Part shown: positions 39,988 to 52,944 of the stretch, piece after piece
Layout: the number at the start of each line of letters is the position of its first letter
How positions within the stretch are numbered: the stretch's first letter is position 1
Source: Lama guanicoe
Taxonomy: Eukaryota
Assembly: GCA_013239625.1 (NCBI GenBank)
Contig: MU056000.1
Coordinates: 10,427,175 to 10,491,174, forward strand
Length of the DNA: 64,000 bases
Direction of reading: 5' to 3'
Translations under genes and position numbers: made by a program
The notes under the pieces: generated by a model
The model's input: only the letters and a program-made list of their open reading frames with translations
Told to the model about the DNA's origin: nothing
Databases searched by the model: none

Positions 39988-42900
39988 GATAATAGATAAT
40001 GGGTTCATTATTTTAAAGAATTTAATACATATTTTTTAAAATTCTCAGTTTTAATATCTAAAACAGTAAATATCAATATATAGAAACCACATAAAGAAAA
40101 GCTTACTGAGGTCCAGTTTTTAAATGTAGGCTTTATTATTATTCAGGTCTGGTTAGGTCAACAGATCAGGAGCTGACTCTCACTGAAAGGGGACTTTGTT
40201 CCCAAGAGCAGGGGGTCTGCCATGTCACGCAGGGCCACACAAGGAAGCACTAGTTACTCTGCAGGTAGAATGAGCAAGGGGAAAGCATGGGTAAGAGCCT
40301 TACTGTGGTTTTTTGCAGAAGGGAACAGGCAAGGCAAGGTAAGCAGCCTTAGGATTAGCTAGTTTTAATAATTTCAGCAGGCTTTAGGGTGTAGGGGCTG
40401 TCCTAGGGTTTCTTGTATCTGGCCCTGGAGTGATTAGGAAAGGGAAATACAGGCATACCTTGGAGATACTGTGGGTTTGGTTCCAGACTACCACAACAAA
40501 GCAAATGTGGCAATAAGGCAAGTCACATGAATTTTTGGTTTCCAGTGCATATTATAGTTATGTTAACACCACACTGTGGTCTACTATGTGTACAACAGCA
40601 TTATGTCTAAGAAATGTACATACCTTAATTAAAAAGTAATGCTGCTGAAATGAAAGAAGTAATAAATATCAGGGAGGAAATAATAAAATTGAGGTTAAAA
40701 ACAATAGAAAACATAGAAGCGATTTATGACAAACCCACAACCAACATAATACTCAATGGTGAAAAGCTGAAAGCCTTCCCACTAAAATCTGGAACAAGAC
40801 AAAGATTCTCACTCTCACCATTTCTGTTCAACATAGTGTTGGAAGTCCTAGCCATAGCAGACAAGAAAAAGAAAGAAAAGGGATCCAAATTGGAAGAGAA
40901 GAGATAAAATTGTCTCTATATGAGACTGACATGATACTATATACAGAAAACTCTAAAGGCTCCACACAAAAACTACTAGAGCTGATAAAAGAATTCAGCA
41001 AGGTAGCAGGATATAAAATGAATATACAGAAATCAGTCGCATTTCTTTACACTAACAATGAAATATCAGAAAAAGAAAGTAAGGAAACAATCTCTTTTAA
41101 AATCACATTCAAAAAATAAAATACTTAGGAATATCTGTGACCAAGGAGGTAAAAGACTTATAACTGGAGAACTACGAAACATTGATTAAGGAAATTAAAT
41201 ATGATTTAAATAAATGGAAATATATCCCATGCTCTTGGACTGGAAGAATTAATGTTGTTAAAATGGCCATGCTACCCAAAGCAATCTATGGATTTAATGT
41301 AATCCCTATCAAATTATCCATGAGATTTTTCACAGAACTATAACAAATAATCCTAAAATTTATATGGAATCACAAAAGACCCAAAATTGCTAAAACAATA
41401 CTGAAGAAAAGGAATGAAGCTGTAGAAATAACCCTTCCAGACTTCAGACAATATTACAGAGATACAATAATCAAAACAGCATGGTATTGGCACAAAAAAC
41501 AGACACATGGTTCAGAATAGAATAGAGAGCTCAGAAATAAACCCACACACCTACAGTCAATTAATCTTTGAGAAAGGAGGCAAGAACATACAATGGAGAA
41601 AAGACAGCCTCTTCAGCAAGTGATGTTGAGAAACAGGACAGCTGCATGTAAATCAATGAAGTTAGGACACTCTCACACACTATACACAAAAATAAACTCA
41701 AAATGGCTTAAACTTAAACAGAAGACAAGCCACTATAAAGCTCCTAGAAGAAAACATAGGCAAAACATTCTCTGATATAAATCTCAGCAATGTTCTCCTA
41801 GGGCATCCTACCCAGGAAATAGATATAAAAAAAAATAAACAAATGGGACTTAATTAAACTTAAACGCTTTTGCACAGCAAAGGAAACTATAAACAAAAAG
41901 ACAGCCTACAGAATGGGAGAAAACATTTGCAAATGATGTGACTGACAAGGGCTTAAATTCCAGAATATATAAACAGCTCATACAACTCAATATCAAAAAA
42001 ANNNNNNNNNNNNNNNNNNNNNNNNNNNNNNNNNNNNNNNNNNNNNNNNNNNNNNNNNNNNNNNNNNNNNNNNNNNNNNNNNNNNNNNNNNNNNNNNNNN
42101 NNNNNNNNNNNNNNNNNNNNNNNNNNNNNNNNNNNNNNNNNNNNNNNNNNNNNNNNNNNNNNNNNNNNNNNNNNNNNNNNNNNNNNNNNNNNNNNNNNNN
42201 NNNNNNNNNNNNNNNNNNNNNNNNNNNNNNNNNNNNNNNNNNNNNNNNNNNNNNNNNNNNNNNNNNNNNNNNNNNNNNNNNNNNNNNNNNNNNNNNNNNN
42301 NNNNNNNNNNNNNNNNGATAATAGATAATGGGTTCATTATTTTAAAGAATTTAATACATATTTTTTAAAATTCTCAGTTTTAATATCTAAAACAGTAAAT
42401 ATCAATATATAGAAACCACATAAAGAAAAGCTTACTGAGGTCCAGTTTTTAAATGTAGGCTTTATTATTATTCAGGTCTGGTTAGGTCAACAGATCAGGA
42501 GCTGACTCTCACTGAAAGGGGACTTTGTTCCCAAGAGCAGGGGGTCTGCCATGTCACGCAGGGCCACACAAGGAAGCACTAGTTACTCTGCAGGTAGAAT
42601 GAGCAAGGGGAAAGCATGGGTAAGAGCCTTACTGTGGTTTTTTGCAGAAGGGAACAGGCAAGGCAAGGTAAGCAGCCTTAGGATTAGCTAGTTTTAATAA
42701 TTTCAGCAGGCTTTAGGGTGTAGGGGCTGTCCTAGGGTTTCTTGTATCTGGCCCTGGAGTGATTAGGAAAGGGAAATACAGGCATACCTTGGAGATACTG
42801 TGGGTTTGGTTCCAGACTACCACAACAAAGCAAATGTGGCAATAAGGCAAGTCACATGAATTTTTGGTTTCCAGTGCATATTATAGTTATGTTAACACCA

Positions 42901-44330
42901 CACTGTGGTCTACTATGTGTACAACAGCATTATGTCTAAGAAATGTACATACCTTAATTAAAAAGTAATGCTGCTGAAATGAAAGAAGTAATAAATATCA
43001 GGGAGGAAATAATAAAATTGAGGTTAAAAACAATAGAAAACATAGAAGCGATTTATGACAAACCCACAACCAACATAATACTCAATGGTGAAAAGCTGAA
43101 AGCCTTCCCACTAAAATCTGGAACAAGACAAAGATTCTCACTCTCACCATTTCTGTTCAACATAGTGTTGGAAGTCCTAGCCATAGCAGACAAGAAAAAG
43201 AAAGAAAAGGGATCCAAATTGGAAGAGAAGAGATAAAATTGTCTCTATATGAGACTGACATGATACTATATACAGAAAACTCTAAAGGCTCCACACAAAA
43301 ACTACTAGAGCTGATAAAAGAATTCAGCAAGGTAGCAGGATATAAAATGAATATACAGAAATCAGTCGCATTTCTTTACACTAACAATGAAATATCAGAA
43401 AAAGAAAGTAAGGAAACAATCTCTTTTAAAATCACATTCAAAAAATAAAATACTTAGGAATATCTGTGACCAAGGAGGTAAAAGACTTATAACTGGAGAA
43501 CTACGAAACATTGATTAAGGAAATTAAATATGATTTAAATAAATGGAAATATATCCCATGCTCTTGGACTGGAAGAATTAATGTTGTTAAAATGGCCATG
43601 CTACCCAAAGCAATCTATGGATTTAATGTAATCCCTATCAAATTATCCATGAGATTTTTCACAGAACTATAACAAATAATCCTAAAATTTATATGGAATC
43701 ACAAAAGACCCAAAATTGCTAAAACAATACTGAAGAAAAGGAATGAAGCTGTAGAAATAACCCTTCCAGACTTCAGACAATATTACAGAGATACAATAAT
43801 CAAAACAGCATGGTATTGGCACAAAAAACAGACACATGGTTCAGAATAGAATAGAGAGCTCAGAAATAAACCCACACACCTACAGTCAATTAATCTTTGA
43901 GAAAGGAGGCAAGAACATACAATGGAGAAAAGACAGCCTCTTCAGCAAGTGATGTTGAGAAACAGGACAGCTGCATGTAAATCAATGAAGTTAGGACACT
44001 CTCACACACTATACACAAAAATAAACTCAAAATGGCTTAAACTTAAACAGAAGACAAGCCACTATAAAGCTCCTAGAAGAAAACATAGGCAAAACATTCT
44101 CTGATATAAATCTCAGCAATGTTCTCCTAGGGCATCCTACCCAGGAAATAGATATAAAAAAAAATAAACAAATGGGACTTAATTAAACTTAAACGCTTTT
44201 GCACAGCAAAGGAAACTATAAACAAAAAGACAGCCTACAGAATGGGAGAAAACATTTGCAAATGATGTGACTGACAAGGGCTTAAATTCCAGAATATATA
44301 AACAGCTCATACAACTCAATATCAAAAAAA
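39988..44330 (+). repeat. 2014-bp direct duplication (39988-42001 = 42317-44330) flanking an N gap
   Basis: Constant offset of 2329 bp; identical ORFs at 40650/42979, 40910/43239 and 41593/43922. Confidence 0.95.
42002..42316. other. Assembly gap (315 N)
   Basis: Run of N. Confidence 1.
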
Positions 44331-45392
44331 AAAAACAAAAACAAATAACTCAATCAAAAAAGGGCAGAAGACCTAAACAGACATACCTTGAATGAAGACA
44401 TACAGATGACCAATATGCACATGAAACATTGCTAATTATCAGAGAAATGCAAATCAAACTATAATGAGGCATCACCTCACACTGGTCAGAATGGCCATCA
44501 TAATAAAGTCCACAAAAGATAAATGCTGGAGAAGGTGTGGAGAAAGGGAACCTCCTACACTGTTGGTGGGAATGTAGTTTGGTGTAACCATTATGGAAAA
44601 CAGTATGGCGATTCCTCAAAAAACTAAAGATAGAGTTACCACATGACCTAGCAATTCCGCTCCTGGCCATTGTAACTGGAAAAGACACAAGCTTTAATTT
44701 GAAAAGACACATGCATCCCAATGTTCACAGCAGCACTATTTACAATAGCCAAGACATGGAAGCAACCTAAATGTCCACTGACAGGTAACTGAATAAAGAA
44801 GTTGTGGATACAATGGAATACTACTCAGCCATAAAAGAGAGTAAAATAATGCCATTTGTAGAACGTGGATTGACCTGGACACTGTCACACTAAGTGAAGT
44901 AGGCCAGAAAGAGAAAGATAAATACCATATGATATCACTTATATGTGGAATCTTAAAAAAAATGACACAAATGAACTTACTTACAAAAAAGACTCCTAGA
45001 CATAGAAAACAAACTTATGGTTACTGAGCAAGGGGTGGCGTGTGGAGGGATAAAGTGGGACTTCAGGATTTGCAGATATCAACTACAAAATATACAACAG
45101 ATAAACAACAAGGACCTATTGTATAGCACAGGGAACTATATTCGATACTTTGCAATAGCCTATAATGGAAAAGAATATGAAAAGATATATATATATAATA
45201 TATGTAAATGAATCACTATGCTGTATATCAGAAATTAACACAACTATACGTCACCAACTAGACGTCAACTAAAAAAACATTAATGCTGCTGGGAAAATGG
45301 CACCAACAGACTTACTCAATGCAAGGTTGTCACATGCCTTCAGTTTGTAAAAATGCAGCATCTGTGATGTGCAGCAAAATGATGTATCCCTG
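42779..45392 (-). mobile_element. Tigger1-derived MITE split by an L1 (42779-42976 and 45281-45392; left part also at 40450-40647)
   Basis: TA|CAGGCATACCTTGGAGATACTGTGGGTTTGGTTCCAGAC at the left end and ...GATGTATCCCTG|TA at the right end match Tigger1 TIRs with a TA target duplication. Confidence 0.8.
42977..45280 (+). mobile_element. 5'-truncated L1 (RT C-terminal part to 3'UTR) with TSD
   Basis: ORF2 peptides [28 protein letters not shown] and [26 protein letters not shown]; 3'UTR; direct repeat TAATGCTGCTG at 42966-42976 and 45281-45291. Confidence 0.9.
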
Positions 45393-45792
45393 TATTGGCC
45401 AAAAGTATAAAAGCCCTGTGATTGCCAGAAAAAGGGGGTGGTTGTGGGGAGCAGGGTACAGCTTTGGACTAGTTAGTTTGCACATAAAAGCTGTACTCAC
45501 AGGGGAGGAGTTTATCTCTAGGAATTAGCTAATCCTCAAAGGGGCCATCTCTCCTGGACCAGCAAGTTCCCAGATGCCAGACATCAAGAATACAGAAAGA
45601 AAATACAGCCAATACAGGTCCTTAATAGTTTTTAAGAGTATAAAGAATGTAGAGATGCTCAGAAACCAAAAAGTCTGAGAACATCTGGGCTGTGCACAAT
45701 AACAAAGACGCCCCAAATCTCACTGTTTTAACACAGCAAAGACCTTGTTTTCATTGTTCAAGTGAAGTTTTCACACCTCTGAAAGGTGGCAT

Positions 45793-45947
45793 ACAGTCAT
45801 CCCTCAGGATCTGTCAGGGATTGGTACCAGGGACCCCCAAGGATATCAAACGCCATGGATGCTAAAGTCACTTACATAACATGGTGTGGTACAGTCAGCT
45901 CTCTGCATCTGAGGGTGTGGAACCTGCAGATGTAAAGGGCCTACTAT
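45793..45947. mobile_element. MER2-like Tigger MITE
   Basis: TA|CAGTCATCCCTCAGGATCTG...GGATTGGTACCAGGGACCCC...GGATGCTAAAGTC...GAACCTGCAGATGTAAAGGGCC. Confidence 0.6.
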
Positions 45948-46879
45948 ACAAAGAATATCAGAAAAAAATTTTTTTAAAAGGCCATAATGTCAGGACAAAA
46001 GAAAATCATTCAAACTTAGTTAATTTAGCTTAATGAGAAACTCCCTATATCATTCTTATTTTTCTCTTTTTTTCATGAGTTAGTGAAATTTCATCACTAC
46101 TCAGGAAGAGTTCAGGGACTGGTGCTTGGAAATTTCTGACACCTAGGACAGTTATGGATGGAAGTGATGTGGAGGGGAGGAAAAACCTTACCTGTTTATA
46201 TGCTGAAAGGACCCAGCAGAGAGGGGGAAGTTTGAAGATATGGGAAAAAGAGACACTTGATAGAAATCCTGGTGGAGACGAAAGGGGAGGGAGGGAATGG
46301 TCTGAAATAATAGGACAGATGGACACATCTCCTCCTCAAAAACTGGTTGGAAAGGAGGAGGAGAGGGTGCCTTTGATGGTAAGTTAGTTGAGGGGAGGAG
46401 AGAAGCCGAGAGTCCACCCCTAACGGCACTGGTTTTCTCTGTGAATCATGGACAATTTCATTGCTGAAGGTGAGGAGGGCAGGGAATGAAGAAGGTTTAG
46501 GAGTTGGAGGCCCACTGCAGGGACTGGGGAGGGGAGAGGACCAAGAACAAACGACAGGTGAAGGAGCAGAACCGAAGGCCCAGCTGAGTCTGGACCTTAA
46601 CTAGTAATAACATGAAACATATGGCGGCCTAACTTTCCCAACTGGGCTGCTTAATCCTGGCATTGAACAGATGGTGTGAGTGTAGGGAACTGATGTTGAT
46701 TGAAAGCCCCTGTAGTGTGATGGTTAAGAGCATGGCATGGTCTTTGAAGCCAGCTGGCCTGAGTTAAAACCCTGACTCTGACACTTACTACCCTTTTCAG
46801 TAAAAGGGGCCAATAATAGTCTTGTGGTGTCATATTAATGCAGGGAATAATGGTTTTGTGGAGGACTAAGTGACTAAAT

Positions 46880-47442
46880 GTATGCCATGGATTGCCTTAC
46901 CACGCCCCAGCTCTGGGGGTTAAGGGGCCCACCTAGGTTCCATGATTTCACGCCTAGGTGAGTGTTGGACTCTTGAAAAGGGACTGTTGGGCTGCACCCA
47001 CAAGCCTGCAAGCTCAGTACCTGGCCAGCTTCAAGAGCAAAGGAAGACCCCCGAGTCAGTGACAGAGACATCAATGGTTTAATGCGCAGGGGGATCTTAC
47101 CTGTCTGAAGCAAGGCCCTGGAACGACCCCACTGCAGGCAAATGTGGCGGCAGGCTTCACTACTGGGGCAGGGGGAGCTGACGTCAGGTTGGCTCATCAG
47201 TTACCAGGGAAACCAGCAGAGGAGCATGCCCCTCAGGTCCCTCTGATAGGCTACCAAGGTGGAGATGTTCTCATCTAAAGATTAGAACAATCACTTGTTG
47301 GGGCCTGGGGCAAGCGTGTCAGTCAGCACTTACTGAAGAGGGAAGGTCAATCAGGAGAGGGGGGTGTAGGTGAGGCAGGGACTGGGCCCACAGGGGACGT
47401 GCGGGGAGCAAGAGAACAGCCGTGTCGGGCGGCCTGACCACA
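46880..47442 (-). mobile_element. Probable ERV LTR
   Basis: On the minus strand it begins TGTGGTCAGGC and contains ATTAAA (TTTAAT ~47078) followed by a U5-like GTCTCTGTCACTGACTC. Family and left boundary uncertain. Confidence 0.4.
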
Positions 47443-49422
47443 AAGGGACATACCCAGCTCCTCTCCCCTTCCTGCCCATTTCCTTCTAGGGCACACCCTG
47501 TTCCGGCTCCTCCCTCGTGGCCATCACAATCCTCTCTGGTTGCGGTGGCGGAATAGGAGGTGGGTATGCCTGGTTCTCCTCTGTTCTATTTCCAAACTAT
47601 ATTTTGGCATAATCTCTAAGCCCTACTGTCCTCAGGCCTTCAGTTTTATGTCTCAAGTATCTGTTTTAGAAGTAAACTACGCGCTACCTCTTATTTGGAT
47701 TTTACTCTAATAATCCTAGTCTACCCATCCACTTGCCCGAGAGAGAGGCACCTCGGGATCACAGGGGGAGATCATATATGCAGAAGATGCAAAAGATAAA
47801 AGCATAGAAAGAAGTTCCAAAGAAATCTTTTTACTTATTACCTTCTCTTAATTCTCCTGTAAATAATGCTTCCACCCCTCTCAAATACCCAATACTGACG
47901 CTCGGAGGGATTAATAACGTGCTCAGGGTGACACAGCTGTCCACCGTCAGAGCAGTCATTCAGTTCCACGCCTGTGCTCCTTCACCTCTGTGCTCTGCGC
48001 TCCCTCAAAGGCCTGCACTAGTCTCATGGGGGCCCTGAGGGATGGAGGCAGTGGGGGAACAGGCAGTGAGGGAGTGGTAGGTGTTGACAAGAGAGTAAAC
48101 AGCATGGGCAAGACAAGAAAGAGGGGCTCTGTGTGTAGAGAAGTGGGGGCTGATGAACAGGGAGAGAAGGAAGAAGTGAAGGAGCTGGAATCACAATGAA
48201 ATGGATGAACAGGTGGAAGAGGAGAAAGGAGGGATGACTCTTAGTGGGATGAAGCTGATGGTCTTAAGGGGTTCACTTCCAGATGATAACAAGGTCTAGG
48301 TGCAGCCACAGGACTAAGCTGCTGAAGAGAAGCTGAACACCACGGGCGTGGAGGACACTAAGACCTCCAGTTTCAGCTGTTTGAGTAGAAGGTTGAAACA
48401 AACAGATCTGATGTCAGAGCCCTTTATGAGTGTTTTAGAGTGATCTTGCAGTTGACAAAGAGGAGGCAGGGGCCAGGGTAGCAGATGCCCAGAGCTGGTG
48501 CAAGGTGGGAGCCTCCCAAGGAGAGGGCTGCAGAGGCAGAAAGAACCTTGGTTTTTAATTGTAGCACATGGAAATTCTCATACACAACTCTGAATGGTCC
48601 TCCCAGCAATCCTATGAGACACATTCAGGGCAGAAAATAGAGTTTCTCCAAGAAATCCACCTGCTAAGTGTTAGCCTTGGGACTTAGATCTAGTCTCCTG
48701 ACTTGATACACACTGGATGGAGTTTGTCCTGAGAGCCTTGTTCCTCTGCATACTATTCACAGTTCCTACTTTTCAAAAGAAAACTTATAGACTCTACAAA
48801 GAAAAGGAAGAACATTTCTCTAAGTTCTCTTCACCCTAGACTCTGCTGTAAATGGTGGGAAAGGCCTGCTGGGCTGTCAGGAACTGGTGCAGATGAGGAC
48901 CTTACGATGCCATCTAGTGTCCGTGTTTGGACTTACTCACAAAGCTTTGGCTATAAATGTTCTGAAAAATAATTCAAGAAGATTGCAAGTAACTGGTTAA
49001 TTTTGCAAGAGAATAGCTATTAAAACACCTAATGTTTTTCTCTCCTTGCCAGGAAGATTCCTTAACCCAGCCTCCTGCATACCCCAAAGGCTAGACCAAT
49101 GCAGTGAATTATTGCATAAAACAGAAATTATGACCCAGTGAAGTCCAAGGCTATCTTAAAATGAACAGTTTCTTTAAGGTCTTGGATCACCTGGTACAGT
49201 GAAAAGATCATGAAGCTTGGTGCCAGCGTTCTGAGGCATTCCGGTCTTCACTTAGAGAGGGTATATGACCTGCCCAAGGTCACAGAGCCAGTTTTCTCTT
49301 TGCTATACTACATTTCCACCATGATACTGATATAAAGAATATGAATTCACTCCACAGAAATTTACTAATGATCACTGGTACCATCCATTGGGTTAGAAAC
49401 AAGGAACATAAAGATTTATGAG

Positions 49423-49790
49423 TATTAGGGAATTGAATGTTTGTGTCCAACTAAAATTTGTATGTTGAAGTTCTAACCCGTAATGTGACATATTTGGAGA
49501 CAGGGCCTTTGTGGAAATAAAGTTAAATGAAGTTATATGGGTAGGGTGCTGATCCAGTAGGATTATGTCCTCCTAAGAAAAGGAAGGGAGACCAGAGCTT
49601 GCTTTCAGCAAGTATGCACAGCAAGAAGGCAGCCATCTGCAGGCCAGGAACAGACTCTCCCCAGAACCTGGGTGTGCTGGCACTCTGATCTCACTTTTAG
49701 CTCCAGGACTGTGAGAAAATAAATTTCTGTTGTTGAAGCCACCCAGGATGTGGTATTATGTTATGGCCGCCCAGCCCAAGCCAACCAAGC
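49423..49790 (+). mobile_element. MaLR LTR (MLT1A/B-like)
   Basis: TGAATGTTTGTGTCC...TATGTTGAAGTTCTAACCC...TTTGGAGACAGGGCCTTT...CTGTGAGAAAATAAATTTCTGTTGTTGAAGCCACCCAG. Confidence 0.8.
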
Positions 49791-50540
49791 CAATGGATAT
49801 CTCCTTCCCCCGAAGCTGCTTCCAGCTTTGTTAGGGAGGTCAGCAGATCAATTACTACCCAACTTGCTGTGACAGATGTATGGACATTTCCTATTTCTAA
49901 ATGACTTCTTTAAAAATAATGCTGATGGTGGGCAAGACTGGTGGTGACAGTCAGTCTGACACCACAGATGCCAGATAGCTCTAAACTCAAATACGGTTCA
50001 GAGACGACCCCTTACTTAGAGGCATCTCACCATTAATAAAACATGGGCTTTCTCACTGAGCCCTGTGTGCCCTCTTTGAGTAGGCGATGGAGCGGGGCTG
50101 CAGAGCCAGTGACTGAACGTGGCCTTGGGTTCTGGTTCAAGGGCAGAACTTCTGGTCCTCAGCTGCCACATCCATAGACGAAGAGGTTTGACTGGCTGGC
50201 ATTGGAGGCCATCACGTGAGGGTTTGGCTCACCTTTTCCCGTAAAAGAGTTCTGAAGAACTGTGAAACTGTTCCAACATTTGAAACTTGACATCTAAAAT
50301 TTTCCATTAGAAATTTAGTTTTAAAGGATGTCATTTCCATTGTATTATAAATACTGGTATTTTAAAATAAAATCATCACCTGACTCATGTTTCCAAAACC
50401 AATAATCACTTCCCTGATGTGAAAACTGTTTGCTGATTCATTCTGACTAAGAACTCCTGCAACTTTCTTTTTCTCTCTTACTGCTTTTGTGCTAAACACC
50501 CCCCAAACTTTTCCATTATGCTCTCCCCTCCCTATACATT

Positions 50541-50886
50541 CTTTACTGAGAATAGCTTTAACCCGGAGTCTATGCTCCAGGAAGGAGGTAATGGGCCAGT
50601 AATCTCAGACGAATGGACAGACCCTCCCAGGGCCCCAGATTTATTGAGGTTAAGAGGAATGTAGCACCCTGTAAAACGTCCTGATTGTCACCACCTTTTC
50701 TGTCCCATCTAGTTTTTCTGCAAAACCTCAAGACCCCACCCCCAAGATGGATTCGAAGTCTCTAAGGCACAAGCCTGCTGTGACTCCCATTTGCCAGGCA
50801 AAGCAATAAAGAGGTTCTTTTTGAATTCTCCCAAAACTCTGCCTCAATCCAGCTTTCAGGGTACAGAGGCTGGTTTTGTGGCAACA
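50541..50886 (+). mobile_element. Probable ERV1-type solo LTR
   Basis: GC-richer block inside AT-rich DNA with GCAAAGCAATAAAG poly(A) signal and ...GTACAGAGGC...GGCAACA end. Confidence 0.5.
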
Positions 50887-51868
50887 TAAATAACATATTA
50901 GAAATTCACATCATTCATAAAAAAGACTAATTTTACAACATTCCTTTTTCTCACTGAAATCTTACTTTTCTACTCCATTCTCTATTCCCAGAATTTTATA
51001 TAATGTAGTATATTTTGTTTGAAAGTCTTTTATTACTTAAAATTACCTGGAAGTTTTATTATTATAATTATCAGGAGTAAAAATTTAAAACAATATATTA
51101 CAAATTTTGATAATAATTACACATACTCAGTAAAATTCTATTGGGTGCATCTCTTTCAAAATCCATTGGTGAATGTTATTTATTGTTAGAAAGAGATAGG
51201 ATTTAATCTGAATTCAATTTCTAATTTTAGGTTCTACAGAAAGAAGCACTGAGAAATATTGTTCTCATAAATAGATGAAAACAGTTTTGTTATGACAGTT
51301 CTTTCAACTTCTGAATTGCATGCCCAAAGCATCATAGTAATCTCTCATTTAGTTATTTTAAGTCATCAGCTAAAAACTTTAGGTTTTCTGTCAAGTTTGT
51401 TGAAAGCAAAGAATTAGAAAGCCCCTGAATTACAAAAGGATTGATTATCCAGTAATTAGTCAATCACCTCCCATTTCTGGGCCTGCCAAAGAACAGTCAT
51501 CTCACCTGCACACACTAATTCTAAGAAAGAGTACTAAGTAAGGCAGAGAGCCTTGCCCCGAGCGTGTCACCTGGACGACATAAAATGTCATCACTATTGC
51601 TTACCTGTACTCTGCCTGATTCTTCCAGCACTCTCCCTCAGGAGCAGTGCTTTCCTCCAGTGAAATTACTGTCACTCTCATATCCCTACTTCACATTATA
51701 TCTGAATGAACATATTGACTAAACTACTCCACTAAAATACCAAAATACCCACTCTTAACAGAAGGAGGGGCAAGACACGAAGCCTGAATGCAAAATTTTG
51801 GTGCCTTATGTTGGAGACTTCTCCAAAAGCAATATTTAAATTGTCCCTTTGTTTTGATGCTCTAAAAT

Positions 51869-52180
51869 AGCACTATCCAATAGAAATATAATGTGAGTAA
51901 TATATGTAATTAAAAATTTTCTAGTACCTTGTTTAAAAAGCAAAAAGAAACAGGTGAAATTAATATTGTGTATAATGCAATTATTTCCAAAATATTATCA
52001 TTTCAACATTTAATCAATATAAAACATTAAAAATAAGGTATTTTACATTTTTGGGGTACTATTCCTTGAAATCCTGTAGTATTTTACACAAATAGCAAAT
52101 CTTAATTTTGACCAGCTACATTTCAGGTGCTTAATATACACATGTGACTAGTGGTTATTATAGTATTTGACAACACAGCA
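51869..52180. mobile_element. MER33-like hAT MITE
   Basis: GCACTATCCAATAGAAATATAATGTGAG...AAAGAAACAGGTGAAATTAAT...GCTACATTTCAGGTGCTTAAT...TTGACAACACAGC. Confidence 0.7.
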
Positions 52181-52944
52181 CTCGAGGGACGCACTGTAGT
52201 AAGATTTGGGAGGGATGAGAGAGCAGTCTTTTGTTTTTGGTAAAGAAGGAATATGGTGAACATAAAGTAAGTGGGCAGAGAGGAAAACAAGTCTATCCAT
52301 GTCCTCATCTAGCTATGAAAGTTATCTTTTTACCCCAAGGCCTCTGCTGCACAGCTGTATGAGGTGGCCCTGGTGTACCTCAAGAGATAGAGGTACTTCC
52401 TTAAAAGAAAGGCCACTATTTTAAGGTGGATTTGAGCTGCTGTGGTCTTTGGGAAATAATGCAATGATAATGAAATTATGCAGCCTTATTTTCTGAAGAA
52501 GACCTAGTTAATCATTCACTAAAATTCTGGATGAAGTGCAAAGAAAAAAGTTACGAGGTACAAAGATTAGCAAAAGATCCAGAAAGCCCTTGTTACTTTG
52601 TCAGCAATATCCTGGTATGATTTCTCAAGGTATGGTTGACTCATCATAAGTAGAGAGCTTTTGGTAATCGTAGGGTGATGTTTTCCCCTCTGACTGTGAT
52701 GGAGATAAGAAGGGGTTACATGAAAATTACCAACCTCACATCAGATTACTGTAGGTGAAGGTCTCCTATGTTATGATACAGAAATGAAGAATCTCTTCCT
52801 TACCTTTATTTTCTTAGGAAACGTCTACAATTTGTCCCTCTAGCTCTTTCTGAATTCCAGTGTACAGTATGAAAGATGGGCGTCCTTTCCAAAGGAACTC
52901 AGGTGCTTGTCCTAAAAGGTAAGTATAAAGAAGTACTCTGATAC

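Larger units (their letters stand above)
42454..45616. mobile_element. ERVL-class LTR split by a Tigger insertion (42454-42776 and 45395-45616; left part also at 40125-40447)
   Basis: TG...CA ends; GGTAAGCAGCCTTAGGATTAGCTAGTTTTAATAATTTCAGCAGGCT and TAGGAATTAGCTAATCC motifs. Exact family (MER54/74/76-like) uncertain. Confidence 0.5.
39677..45690. mobile_element. Charlie1-like hAT element split by nested insertions (pieces 39677-~40120 and ~45617-45690)
   Basis: TTCTCAAAGTGTGGTC start; ATTAAGCCAGACATTAAAGAGATTTGCAAAAAT internal motif; resumes GGTCCTTAATAGTTTTTAAGAG...CCAAAAAGTCTGAGAACATCTG after the LTR. Confidence 0.65.

Noticed and set aside
41938..42337. ORFs containing X runs
   Set aside because: Produced by the N gap.
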